Of a DNA stretch of 64,000 bases, positions 37,431 to 46,111 are shown piece after piece. Source of the DNA: an uncultured Clostridia bacterium (GTDB lineage Bacteria > Bacillota > Clostridia > Christensenellales > UBA1750); assembly GCA_947625765.1 (NCBI GenBank), contig CANQPP010000006.1:8810-72809 (forward strand). Reading direction: 5' to 3'. Below the pieces are notes generated by a model that ran no database searches, was not told the origin of the DNA, and saw only the letters and a program-made list of their open reading frames with translations. The stretch's first letter is position 1, and each line of letters starts with the position of its first letter. A program made the position numbers and the translations under genes.

Positions 37431-38360
37431 TTAGTCCTTCAGGAAGATGGGGTTGCTCCAGGCGCGGCGGCCCTGCTCGTCCACGATGGTCACGCGGATG
37501 TAGTCGAACTCCACGGGCATCTTGAACTCGTGGTGGGTCACCGGCTCGCCCTCGGTGCGCAGTATGCGGCAGGGCCAGCGGCCGTAGCGGAAGGCGATCT
37601 CCTTGATGGGGGAGCACTCCACGTGCGCCACGCCATCCTCCACGTAGAAGTCGTAGATCTCCGGCCCGCAGCTGGAATAGAACGCGCCGCTCTCCAGCGC
37701 CGCCAAAACGGCGTCCACGTTCTTTTCGGCGTTCACCCGCACCCAGCCGTTGCAGTGGTGCGGCCTGTCGTGCCCGTCGTCCACGGCCACGCCCCACCAG
37801 CGCTTGCCCTGCATGAGGATCTCGTCCCAGTAGGCGGCGTTCATGTCCAGGCCGTCCTCCAGCGCGCAGCCGCTGTTCCAGATCTCCATGCCGAAATAGC
37901 CCTCGATGTTCTCAAAGTCGCGGGCGGGGGTCGCGCTCCACTCGGGATGGCAGTAGAAGGTGAGGTTGTTCTTCCGCTTGATCTCGTCGATCAGGGGCTG
38001 GAAGCTCTTCCAGCCTTCGGTCAGCTTCACGGACTCGGGCCGCTCGTCCTGCTCAAAGCCGTTGCCCTTGTCCTTCTCGGGGCCGATGCACACGCTGTGC
38101 AGGCAGTGGATGCCCACGTCCGGGAAGCCGCCGTCCACCTCCATGCCGGGGATGAGCAGCACGCCGGTCTCGGGGGCGTAGTTGACGTAGTTGTAGTTGC
38201 GGTGGTCGGTCAGGGCCAGAAAATCATACCCGTTTTCCGCGTGGTAGCGGATGGTGTCCTCCGGGGACATGCGGCCGTCGGAGCGGGTGGTGTGGCAGTG
38301 CAGGCCGCCCTTGAGCAGCTTGCGGCCCGGTTGCTGGAAGGCCTGTTGGCGGATCAGCAT
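37431..38360 (-). CDS. PHP-domain metal-dependent phosphoesterase family protein
   Basis: GGLHCHTTRSDG (HxH motif), ALTDHRNY, and later His/Asp ligands (CHPEW, DDGHD). Confidence 0.8.
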   Translation of the reverse strand: MLIRQQAFQQPGRKLLKGGLHCHTTRSDGRMSPEDTIRYHAENGYDFLALTDHRNYNYVNYAPETGVLLIPGMEVDGGFPDVGIHCLHSVCIGPEKDKGNGFEQDERPESVKLTEGWKSFQPLIDEIKRKNNLTFYCHPEWSATPARDFENIEGYFGMEIWNSGCALEDGLDMNAAYWDEILMQGKRWWGVAVDDGHDRPHHCNGWVRVNAEKNVDAVLAALESGAFYSSCGPEIYDFYVEDGVAHVECSPIKEIAFRYGRWPCRILRTEGEPVTHHEFKMPVEFDYIRVTIVDEQGRRAWSNPIFLKD

Positions 38361-38423
38361 ACGTCTTCTTCCTCCTTAAAAGTCGTTGGGTCTTTATCCT
38401 TGAAAAGGGGGCTTTTCTCCCCT

Positions 38424-38762
38424 TTAGGACATGCGCTCGCTCAGCTTCTTTCCGCCCAGCACGTGCAGGTGCAGGTGCAGAACGGACTGGCAGCCGTTCT
38501 CCCCCACGTTGGTGACCACGCGGTATCCGTCGGCCAGGCCTAAGCTCTCCGCGACTAGGGCGCAGGTGCGCATCAGCTTGCCCAGCAGCTTTTCGTCGTC
38601 TGCGGCCTTGGCCAGGGACTGCACGTGCTTCTTGGGCACCACCAGCACGTGCACGGGCGCCTGCGGGTTCACGTCGCAGAAGGCCTTGCAGTCCTCGTCC
38701 TCGTAGACGGTCTTGGAAGGGATCTCGCCCTTGATGATCTTGCAGAAGATGCAGTCTTCCAT
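38424..38762 (-). CDS. HIT-family (histidine triad) nucleotide-binding protein
   Basis: MEDCIFCKIIKGEIPS N-terminus and the HLHLHVLGG histidine triad. Confidence 0.92.
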   Translation of the reverse strand: MEDCIFCKIIKGEIPSKTVYEDEDCKAFCDVNPQAPVHVLVVPKKHVQSLAKAADDEKLLGKLMRTCALVAESLGLADGYRVVTNVGENGCQSVLHLHLHVLGGKKLSERMS

Positions 38763-38810
38763 GGAAAAAACGCCTCCTTGTCGTATTTATCGGGAACATA
38801 TTGCTTGAGA

Positions 38811-40070
38811 TCAGGCGCGCAGCAGGGGGCCCGTCGCGGAGGCGACCCTCGCGCGGACGATCTGCCCCGGCTCTCCGCTGCCCAACTCCATGCGCAGGTA
38901 CTCGCGGGTGTAGCCGCAGCCGTCCTCCTCCACTAGCACCTCCACTTCGCGGCCGACGAAGCGCTGGGCAAAGGCGGCCTCCATCTCCTTCCCCTCGGCG
39001 ATCAGGCGGCGGGCGCGGGCCTCCCGCTCGGCGATCTCCACCCTTCCGGGGAAGGTCGCGGCGGGCGTGCCCTCCCGCTCGGAGTAGGGGAATACGTGCA
39101 TGCGCGCAAAGCCGATCCTGCGGCAGAAGTCCATCGTCTCCTGAAATTCCGCCTCCGTTTCCCCGGGGAAGCCGCAGATCACGTCCGTGGTGATGGCGCA
39201 GCTGGGGAAGTACGAGCGCAGGAGCTCCACCGCGCGGCTGAAGCGGGCGGTGTCGTACTGCCTGCGCATAAGGCGCAGTATGCGGTCGCTGCCGGACTGC
39301 AGGGACAAATGGAACTGCGGGCACAGGCTGCCGATCTTGGACAGCCGCTCCGCAACGCGCTCGCTTATATATTTTGGCTCCAAAGAGCCGATGCGCAGCC
39401 TCTTGACCCCCGGCGCGCCTCCGATGGCCTCCAGCGCGTCGATGAGCTCCACGTTTTCGTCCAGGTCGCGGCCGTAGGAGGCGATGTGGATGCCCGTGAC
39501 CACGATCTCGTGAAAGTCCCGGCCCAGCAGCTCCGCCTGGGCGCGGACCTGTTGCAGAGGGCTTGAACGCACCGGCCCGCGGGCGTCGGGGATGATGCAG
39601 TAGCTGCACCTATTCTCGCAGCCCTCCTGAATTTTCAGCACCGCGCGGGAGCGGCCCTCCATGGCGCGCACGTCCAGCGGCTCAAAGGCCGCTTTCTTCA
39701 GGCTCCCCGCGGCGCAGAGGGCCTTGCCCTCCCGCTCCGCCTGCTCGAACAGCTCCACCACGTTTGCCCTGTTCTGGTTGCCCAGCACCAGCCGCACGCC
39801 CGGCAGGAACAGGGCCTCCCCCTTCATCTGGGCCAGGCAGCCGGCCACGATCAGCTGGGCGTCCGGGTTCCGGCGCAGGGCCTGCCGCACGAACTTCATG
39901 CTCTTGCGTTCCCCCGTGCCGGTGACCAGGCAGGTGTTGATGAGGTAGATATCGCAGATCTCGTCGAAGGGGCGCAGGGCGTAGCCCGCCCGCTGGAACG
40001 CCTGGGCCATGGCCTGGCTGTCGTACTGGTTGGTCTTGCACCCCAGCGTCATGATGCCGATGGTCCGCAC
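38811..40070 (-). CDS. mtaB: Radical-SAM methylthiotransferase, MtaB-type
   Basis: TLGCKTNQYDS (UPF0004 domain), CENRCSYCIIP (CxxxCxxC) and a TRAM-like C-terminus. It lies downstream of rsmE, as with yqeU-yqeV in Bacillus. Confidence 0.8.
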   Translation of the reverse strand: MRTIGIMTLGCKTNQYDSQAMAQAFQRAGYALRPFDEICDIYLINTCLVTGTGERKSMKFVRQALRRNPDAQLIVAGCLAQMKGEALFLPGVRLVLGNQNRANVVELFEQAEREGKALCAAGSLKKAAFEPLDVRAMEGRSRAVLKIQEGCENRCSYCIIPDARGPVRSSPLQQVRAQAELLGRDFHEIVVTGIHIASYGRDLDENVELIDALEAIGGAPGVKRLRIGSLEPKYISERVAERLSKIGSLCPQFHLSLQSGSDRILRLMRRQYDTARFSRAVELLRSYFPSCAITTDVICGFPGETEAEFQETMDFCRRIGFARMHVFPYSEREGTPAATFPGRVEIAEREARARRLIAEGKEMEAAFAQRFVGREVEVLVEEDGCGYTREYLRMELGSGEPGQIVRARVASATGPLLRA

Positions 40071-40771
40071 GTCTCCCCGCCTCCTTCCATCTCTCCGCCC
40101 AAATACATGAGCAGCGTGAGCGCCGCAGGTCCCGCCGTCTCCGTGCGCAGGATGCGGCTTCCTAGCGTCAACGCCCGGCCGCCGAACTCCAGCACCGCCT
40201 GCGCTTCCTTTTCCGTGATGCCGCCCTCCGGGCCGATGAGCAGCCCAGCGCTGTGCACGTTCAAGGGCCCGCGCAGCGTCTCGCCCCCGCGCTCGTAGGG
40301 CATGAACAGGGCCTCGTGCTTCTTCATCAGGGGCAGCGCTTCCTTAAAGGAAAGGGGCTGCAGGATGCGCGGCACGCAGCTGCGGCCGCACTGCTTGACC
40401 GCTTCCCGCGCGATGCGGGACAGCCGCTCCACGAACTGCGCGCCGCCGCCCCTGGCCACGGAGCGCTCCATCACCACGGGCACCACCGTATCCACGCCCA
40501 GCTCCGTGCACTTCTGCACGGCGTACTCCATCCGCTCGCCCTTGGCCAGCCCCTGGTAGAGCGTCACGCGCAGCCGGGCCTCGCCGTCCGGCAAGGGGGA
40601 AAGCGGCTCGTACCGCGCCTCGGACTTGTCCACGCTGGAAAGACGGGCCAGACAGCGGCGGCCGTCCTCGATGGCCACGATCTCCTCGCCCGCCCGCAGG
40701 CGCAGGACTCTGAAAAGGTGGGCCGCCTCCTCGCCCCGGATGACGCCCTTTTCGCCGAAGAAGCTGTGCAT
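40049..40771 (-). CDS. rsmE: 16S rRNA (uracil1498-N3)-methyltransferase
   Basis: MHSFFGEK...HLFRVLRLRAGEEI N-terminus and a LIGPEGGITEKE motif. The start is set at 40771; the ORF extends to 40846. Confidence 0.85.
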   Translation of the reverse strand: MHSFFGEKGVIRGEEAAHLFRVLRLRAGEEIVAIEDGRRCLARLSSVDKSEARYEPLSPLPDGEARLRVTLYQGLAKGERMEYAVQKCTELGVDTVVPVVMERSVARGGGAQFVERLSRIAREAVKQCGRSCVPRILQPLSFKEALPLMKKHEALFMPYERGGETLRGPLNVHSAGLLIGPEGGITEKEAQAVLEFGGRALTLGSRILRTETAGPAALTLLMYLGGEMEGGGETCGPSAS

Positions 40772-41006
40772 GCCGGCCGCGGCCCCCTTTCCCATCCGTT
40801 TCCTGTTTCCCTGCCTATGATACCGAAAAGGCGTCCGCTTTGTCAACGAAAAAGGCTTCTCTCTTTGCGATTTGGTAAAATCTTTGGGCCCTATGGACTT
40901 TGCCCGGCAACTGTGCTATTTTTGTGATTGGCGCTTTTAAGATGAAGGGCCGAAACTATCCGGCCGAAAACCAACACAAGGACGATTTGATTTAGAGAAA
41001 TAAGCC

Positions 41007-42404
41007 ATGCAGAAGATCAGACGCAAACCAAAACTGAACGACTCGCTCAACAACATCACCGAGGGCGTGCTCTGGAAGCAGATGCTGCTCTACTTCTTCC
41101 CCATCCTGCTGGGCACCTTCTTCCAGCAGCTGTACAACACGGTGGACGCCGTGATCGTGGGCAACTTCGTGGGCACGCAGGCGCTGGCCGCCGTGGGCGG
41201 CGGCACCGGCACGGTGATCAACCTGCTCGTGGGCTTCTTCGTGGGCCTGTCCTCGGGCGCCACGGTCATCATCGCCCAGTTCTACGGGGCCGGCAAGCAG
41301 AAGGAGACCAGCGACGCGGTGCACACCTCCATCGCCCTGGCCATCTACGGCGGCCTGCTGTTGACGGTGGTGGGCCTGGCCATCTCCCGTTTCAGCCTGC
41401 GCCTGCTGGGCACGCCGCAGGAGATCGTGAACGACTCCCTCACCTATATGCGCATCTACTTCGCAGGCACGGTGTTCTCCCTCATCTACAACATCGGCTC
41501 CGGCGTGCTGCGCGCCGTGGGCGACTCCAAGCGCCCCTTGTATTTCCTCATCGTCTGCTCCCTGACGAACCTCGTGCTGGACCTGGTGTTCGTGCTCTTC
41601 TTTCGCTTAGGCGTGATGGGCGTGGCCCTTGCCACCATACTCTCCCAGGCCGTGAGCGCAGTTTTGGTGCTGGTCACCCTCATGCGCAGCGAGGCCAGCT
41701 TCAAGCTCTACTGGCGGCGCATCCGCCTGCACTTTCACCTCCTTAACCGCATCGTGACCATCGGCCTGCCCGCGGGCCTGCAGTCGGTGATGTACTCCGT
41801 CTCCAACCTCATCATCCAGGCCTCGGTCAACTCCTTCGGCACCAACACCATGGCCGCCTGGACCGCCTACAGCAAGCTGGACGGCCTGTTCTGGATGATC
41901 ATGGGCGCCTTCGGCGTCACGGTCACCACCTTCGTGGGCCAGAACTTCGGCGCCCGCAAGTACGACCGCATGAAGCAGAGCGTGAGGACCGGCCTGTGGA
42001 TGGCCTTCGGCTCCTCCATCGCCGCCAGCGCGCTGGTGCTGCTGCTGGGCCGCTACGCCCTGAGCCTGTTCACCCACGACGCGGACGTCATCCCCATCGG
42101 GATGCAGATCGTGCGCACGATCATCCCCTTCTACTTCACCTACGTGTGCATCGAGCTGCTCTCCGGCGCCATGCGCGGCACCGGCGAATCCTTCATCCCC
42201 ATGCTCATGACCTGCTTCGGCATCTGCGTGATGCGCGTTGTGTGGATCTTCGTGGTGGTGCCCCGCTTCAACACCATCTCCGTGGTGGCCGCCAGCTACC
42301 CCATCACCTGGGCCGTCACGTCGGTCATGTTCATCATCTACTACCTCTCCGGCCGCTGGCTCAAGAAGCACGTGCCGAAGGAGGACTTGGAGCTCATCAA
42401 GTAA
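41007..42404 (+). CDS. MATE-family efflux transporter
   Basis: 465 aa, 12 TM. N-terminal LWKQMLLYFFPILLGTFFQQLYNTVDAVIVGNFVG is typical of MATE/NorM proteins. Confidence 0.9.
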   Translation: MQKIRRKPKLNDSLNNITEGVLWKQMLLYFFPILLGTFFQQLYNTVDAVIVGNFVGTQALAAVGGGTGTVINLLVGFFVGLSSGATVIIAQFYGAGKQKETSDAVHTSIALAIYGGLLLTVVGLAISRFSLRLLGTPQEIVNDSLTYMRIYFAGTVFSLIYNIGSGVLRAVGDSKRPLYFLIVCSLTNLVLDLVFVLFFRLGVMGVALATILSQAVSAVLVLVTLMRSEASFKLYWRRIRLHFHLLNRIVTIGLPAGLQSVMYSVSNLIIQASVNSFGTNTMAAWTAYSKLDGLFWMIMGAFGVTVTTFVGQNFGARKYDRMKQSVRTGLWMAFGSSIAASALVLLLGRYALSLFTHDADVIPIGMQIVRTIIPFYFTYVCIELLSGAMRGTGESFIPMLMTCFGICVMRVVWIFVVVPRFNTISVVAASYPITWAVTSVMFIIYYLSGRWLKKHVPKEDLELIK

Positions 42405-42420
42405 GTTCCTTAAAACGCAA

Positions 42421-42460
42421 AAGCCCTGACCGCTGTTTTTCCAGCGTCGGGGCTTTTTTC
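42421..42460 (+). terminator. Terminator after the MATE gene
   Basis: aagccctgaccgctg-tttttcc-cagcgtcggggctt (one mismatch, one bulge) followed by tttttt. Confidence 0.55.
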
Positions 42461-42574
42461 TGTCCCGCCGGACAAAAAGGGGGCGCAAAAAACGCTTCCC
42501 TTGGGGGATTGCATCCGCTGCCGCGCAGGATGTATAATATTATCTGCAAATATATACAAAGGGGTGATTCCTTT

Positions 42575-43795
42575 ATGGATCCCAAGTTCCAGCGGCTCTA
42601 CGACATGGCCGTCAAAGACCTCACAGAAAACCTGCTCCCCTGGTGGATGGAGCACACCGTGGACGAAGAATGCGGCGGCTTCTACGGCCAGGTGGATTCC
42701 AACGACCGTCCCCTGCCCGAGGGCACCAAGTTCATCACCTTGAACGCCCGCCTGGTCTGGACCTTCGCCTCCGCCTACCGGGTTTTAGGCGATGAGAAGT
42801 ACAAGGTCATGGCCGACCGCGCCTACCATTACCTCATCGACCACTTCCGTGACAAGGAGTACGGCGGCTACTACACCCGCCTGGACCGCAAGGGCAACGT
42901 GATCGACGACCACAAGTTCATCTACGGCAATGCCTTCGCCCTGTACGGCCTCTCCGAGTACGCCCGCGCCACCGGCAGCCAGGAAGCGCTGGCCTACGCC
43001 AAGGAGCAGATGGAGAACCTCGAAAAGCACGTCTACGACCCCCAGTACAAGGGCTATTACGAGGCCACCACCCGCAACTGGACCTATTCTCCCTGGCTGC
43101 ACGGCGTCAACCGCCTGCCCACGGACATCAAGACCATGAACAACCACCTGCACCTGATCGAGGCCTACACCTGCCACCTGCGGGTGAACCAGTCCAAGTT
43201 CATGCAGAACAAGGTGCGCGAGCATCTGTACCTGATGCTCAACAAGATCGTCAACCACGACATCCACCACTTCCACTACTTCCAGGACCGCCAGTGGAAC
43301 CCCACCTCCTGGGAGATCTCCTACGGTCACGACATCGAGGGCTCCTGGCTGATGATGGAGACCGCCGAGGTGCTGGGCGAGCCCGAGGCCCTGCGCAAGA
43401 CACGCGACGTGTGCGTGAACATGGCCCGCGCCGCCTACGAGGAGGGCTTCACCGACGAGGGCGCGATGCTCACCGACTACGACCCCGTCTCCGGCCACAG
43501 GTCCCAGAGGCTCAGCTGGTGGGAGCAGAACGAGGCCGTTGTGGGCTTCTTGAACGCCTGGGAGATGACCGGCGAGGAGAAGTTCCTGGACGCCTCCCTC
43601 AAGTGCTTCGACTACATCAACGACCACTTTGTGGATAAGAAGAACGGCGGCTGGTTCCCCATCCTCACGCTGGAAGGCGAACCCGTGCTTGCCGCCAACA
43701 AGGTGGACGGCCCCACCTGCCCCTACCACAACGCCCGCATGAGCCTGGAGATCATCGAGCGCTACCGCAGGCATTTGGCTGAGGAGCAGAAGTGA
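42575..43795 (+). CDS. N-acylglucosamine 2-epimerase (AGE) superfamily isomerase/epimerase
   Basis: LLPWWMEHTVDEECGGFYGQVD, NARLVWTFASAY, and repeated alpha/alpha-barrel motifs (GNAFALYGLSEY, WWEQNEAVVGF). The ATG is at 42575. The track ORF start at 41996 overlaps the MATE gene. Confidence 0.85.
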   Translation: MDPKFQRLYDMAVKDLTENLLPWWMEHTVDEECGGFYGQVDSNDRPLPEGTKFITLNARLVWTFASAYRVLGDEKYKVMADRAYHYLIDHFRDKEYGGYYTRLDRKGNVIDDHKFIYGNAFALYGLSEYARATGSQEALAYAKEQMENLEKHVYDPQYKGYYEATTRNWTYSPWLHGVNRLPTDIKTMNNHLHLIEAYTCHLRVNQSKFMQNKVREHLYLMLNKIVNHDIHHFHYFQDRQWNPTSWEISYGHDIEGSWLMMETAEVLGEPEALRKTRDVCVNMARAAYEEGFTDEGAMLTDYDPVSGHRSQRLSWWEQNEAVVGFLNAWEMTGEEKFLDASLKCFDYINDHFVDKKNGGWFPILTLEGEPVLAANKVDGPTCPYHNARMSLEIIERYRRHLAEEQK

Positions 43796-43879
43796 TCATC
43801 GGCTTTAGCCTTACAAAACGCTTCGGTGCGGCCGCGCCGAAGCGTTTTACCTGTCCTTTTTGAAGAAAGGGTTACCTCC

Positions 43880-44551
43880 ATGCACATCGAGAACAACATA
43901 CTGCGCCACTATCTGCGCGACGTTTACTTCATCACCGGCACCGCCTACGCGGGCAAGTCCACCACCGCGCGACTGCTTGCCGAGCGCTACCACATGGCGC
44001 TCTGCGGGGAGAACTACTTCATGCGCGTCTCCGACGTCGTCGCCGACCCAGCCGTGCAGCCGGACCTTTGCTACTTTCGGCAGATGAAGAGCTGGGAGGA
44101 CTTCGTCCGCCGCAGCCCGGAGGAATACGAGCGCTGGATGTACAGCTGCAGCCGGGAGGCGGCGGGCTTCGAGATCGCCGAGCTGCTTTCCCTGTCCGGC
44201 CGGGGGAAGATCGTCGTGGACACCAACCTGCCCCTGTCCGCCCTGCACGAGCTCTCCGACTGGGAGCACGTCGCGGTGATGCTGAGCCCGCAGAGTTTAA
44301 GCGTCGACCGCTTCTTCGACCGCGCCGACCCGGAGAAGCGCATGATCCTTCAGGTGATCGAGAGCTGCCCGGACGCCGAGGCCGTGATGGAGAACTACAA
44401 AGAAGGCTTAAAACGCATCAACGGCCGGGCGCACTACGAGGAATACCTGCACAGCGGCTTTTTCACGCTCGTGCGTGAGGACGACGGCCGCGACACCCGC
44501 GAGGAGGTCCTGGAGAAGGTCGCCAAACACTTCGGGTTGATAGAGACATAA
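43880..44551 (+). CDS. P-loop NTPase/kinase-like protein
   Basis: Walker A GTAYAGKST close to the N-terminus. About 223 aa. No further family motif was recognised. Confidence 0.6.
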   Translation: MHIENNILRHYLRDVYFITGTAYAGKSTTARLLAERYHMALCGENYFMRVSDVVADPAVQPDLCYFRQMKSWEDFVRRSPEEYERWMYSCSREAAGFEIAELLSLSGRGKIVVDTNLPLSALHELSDWEHVAVMLSPQSLSVDRFFDRADPEKRMILQVIESCPDAEAVMENYKEGLKRINGRAHYEEYLHSGFFTLVREDDGRDTREEVLEKVAKHFGLIET

Positions 44552-44609
44552 AAGCGCAGCAAACCGGGCCGCCTGATGAAGACGCAGGCGGCCCGTTTTT
44601 TGTGCCTCT

Positions 44610-45083
44610 CTACTTGTGATAGGGTTCCCCGGCGTTGATGCGGCAGCAGCGGTATAGCTGCTCCAAAAACAGCACCCGCATCAGCTGGTGGGGAAAGGTG
44701 AGCGGCGAGAAGGAGAGCCGCTCGTCCGCGCGGGCGTACACCTCGTCCGACAGCCCCAAAGAGCCGCCGATCACGAACACGAGCCGCCCCTTCTGCTCCA
44801 GCGCCCGCAGACGCGCGGCCAGCTCCGGGGAGGTGTAGCTCCTTCCCTCCACGGCCAGCGCCACCACGTAGTCCTCCGGCCGTATCCTCTGCAGTATGCG
44901 CGCGCCTTCCGTCCTTAAGACCTGCTTTTTAAGCGCCTCGCCGCTCCCCGCAGGCTCCGGCTCGTCCTTGAGCTCTGCGACCTCCAGGGAGACGTAGCGG
45001 CCCAGGCGCTTCACGTACTCCGCGCAGGCCTTTTGCAGGTAGTCCTCCTTTAGGCGCCCCACGCACAGAAGCAGCGCCCTCAT
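44610..45083 (-). CDS. rlmH: 23S rRNA (pseudouridine1915-N3)-methyltransferase
   Basis: SPOUT RlmH pattern (VGRLKEDY, FVIGGSLGLSDEV, LSFSPLTFPHQL). The ATG at 45083 overlaps the upstream stop (ATGA). Confidence 0.9.
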   Translation of the reverse strand: MRALLLCVGRLKEDYLQKACAEYVKRLGRYVSLEVAELKDEPEPAGSGEALKKQVLRTEGARILQRIRPEDYVVALAVEGRSYTSPELAARLRALEQKGRLVFVIGGSLGLSDEVYARADERLSFSPLTFPHQLMRVLFLEQLYRCCRINAGEPYHK

Positions 45084-46078
45084 GACAGCCACCCGTAGAA
45101 GATCACGAGGGAGTTTATGTACAGAAACGCGCTGACCGCAAGGCCCGGCAGCAGGGGCAGCAGGTTGAGCTTCGAGGGCCGCTCCTCCTGAATGGGGGAG
45201 ACAGGCCTGCGCCCCCGCTCGAGATAGCCGTAGAGGATGAGCAGGCCGATCAGGGGCACGGCGAAGGTGAGGGCCGTGACCGCGCCGCTCAGGATCTGGG
45301 GCAGGCCGCCGGAGAGCAGCGCCTGCTGCTCGGCCTCGACCGTCTCCATGAGGCCCATCCGGTCGTAGAACTGCAGGATGTACTTAGATGCCCAGCCCAT
45401 GAACAGCGCCAGGCCGTTCTGCATCAGGTGCAGAAGGATCGCCGGGTACAGGCTGTTCGACCAGGCCACGACGGCGCAGAGCAGGATGCCCAGCAGCACG
45501 TGGGCGGGCAGGGCGGCGATCTGGCCGTGGAGCAGGCCGAAGAGCGTGCCCGTCAGCAGCACCGCCTGCCAGGGCTTCAACCCCTCGTAGCCGCCCAGCA
45601 GCGCGCCCCGAAAGAGGCCCTCCTCCGCCAGCGCGGGGCAGAGGCCCACCACAAGCAGCGAGGGCAGCAGCTCCGCCGCGGTGCCGGGCGCGGGCGCGCC
45701 CTGTATGGTGTCGATGGGCGCGAACAGGCCAAGGAAGCCGATCCAGGCCAGCGTGATCCCCTCCACCACGAAGTAGATGCACACCGCCATGGGGATGGTC
45801 AGCAAAAAGGCGGCGCGGGGCCTGCCAAACAGCGCCTTCCAGCGGGGCTTCTGTTCCCGCATGCAGGAAAAGCAGAGGCAGAAGCCCAGGGGCACGCCCA
45901 TCACCAGCAGCTCCACCGCCGTGTTCAGCAGGCAGTAGGACAGGGAGTAGGGCTCCCCCATGGGCAGGAGGGAAGCGAGCAGGCTCAGGGCGAGCAGCAG
46001 GATGGCGCTCAAGGAGTAGGCCATGCTGCTCACCCACATGCGGCGCTCCCTTGCGCGAAGTTCGGTCAAGATCGGCAC
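45080..46078 (-). CDS. CPBP-family intramembrane glutamic endopeptidase (CAAX protease-like)
   Basis: EEGLFRG and FGLLHG motifs in a polytopic membrane protein. Confidence 0.85.
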   Translation of the reverse strand: MPILTELRARERRMWVSSMAYSLSAILLLALSLLASLLPMGEPYSLSYCLLNTAVELLVMGVPLGFCLCFSCMREQKPRWKALFGRPRAAFLLTIPMAVCIYFVVEGITLAWIGFLGLFAPIDTIQGAPAPGTAAELLPSLLVVGLCPALAEEGLFRGALLGGYEGLKPWQAVLLTGTLFGLLHGQIAALPAHVLLGILLCAVVAWSNSLYPAILLHLMQNGLALFMGWASKYILQFYDRMGLMETVEAEQQALLSGGLPQILSGAVTALTFAVPLIGLLILYGYLERGRRPVSPIQEERPSKLNLLPLLPGLAVSAFLYINSLVIFYGWLS

Positions 46079-46111
46079 CCCCTTTAGGTTGGTTTCATTG
46101 ATTTTATGTGT

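Noticed and set aside
41996-42574. Upstream 193 codons of the ORF that contains the AGE-family gene
   Set aside because: This part overlaps the MATE transporter gene in another frame and runs across its terminator. The AGE homology starts at the ATG at 42575.
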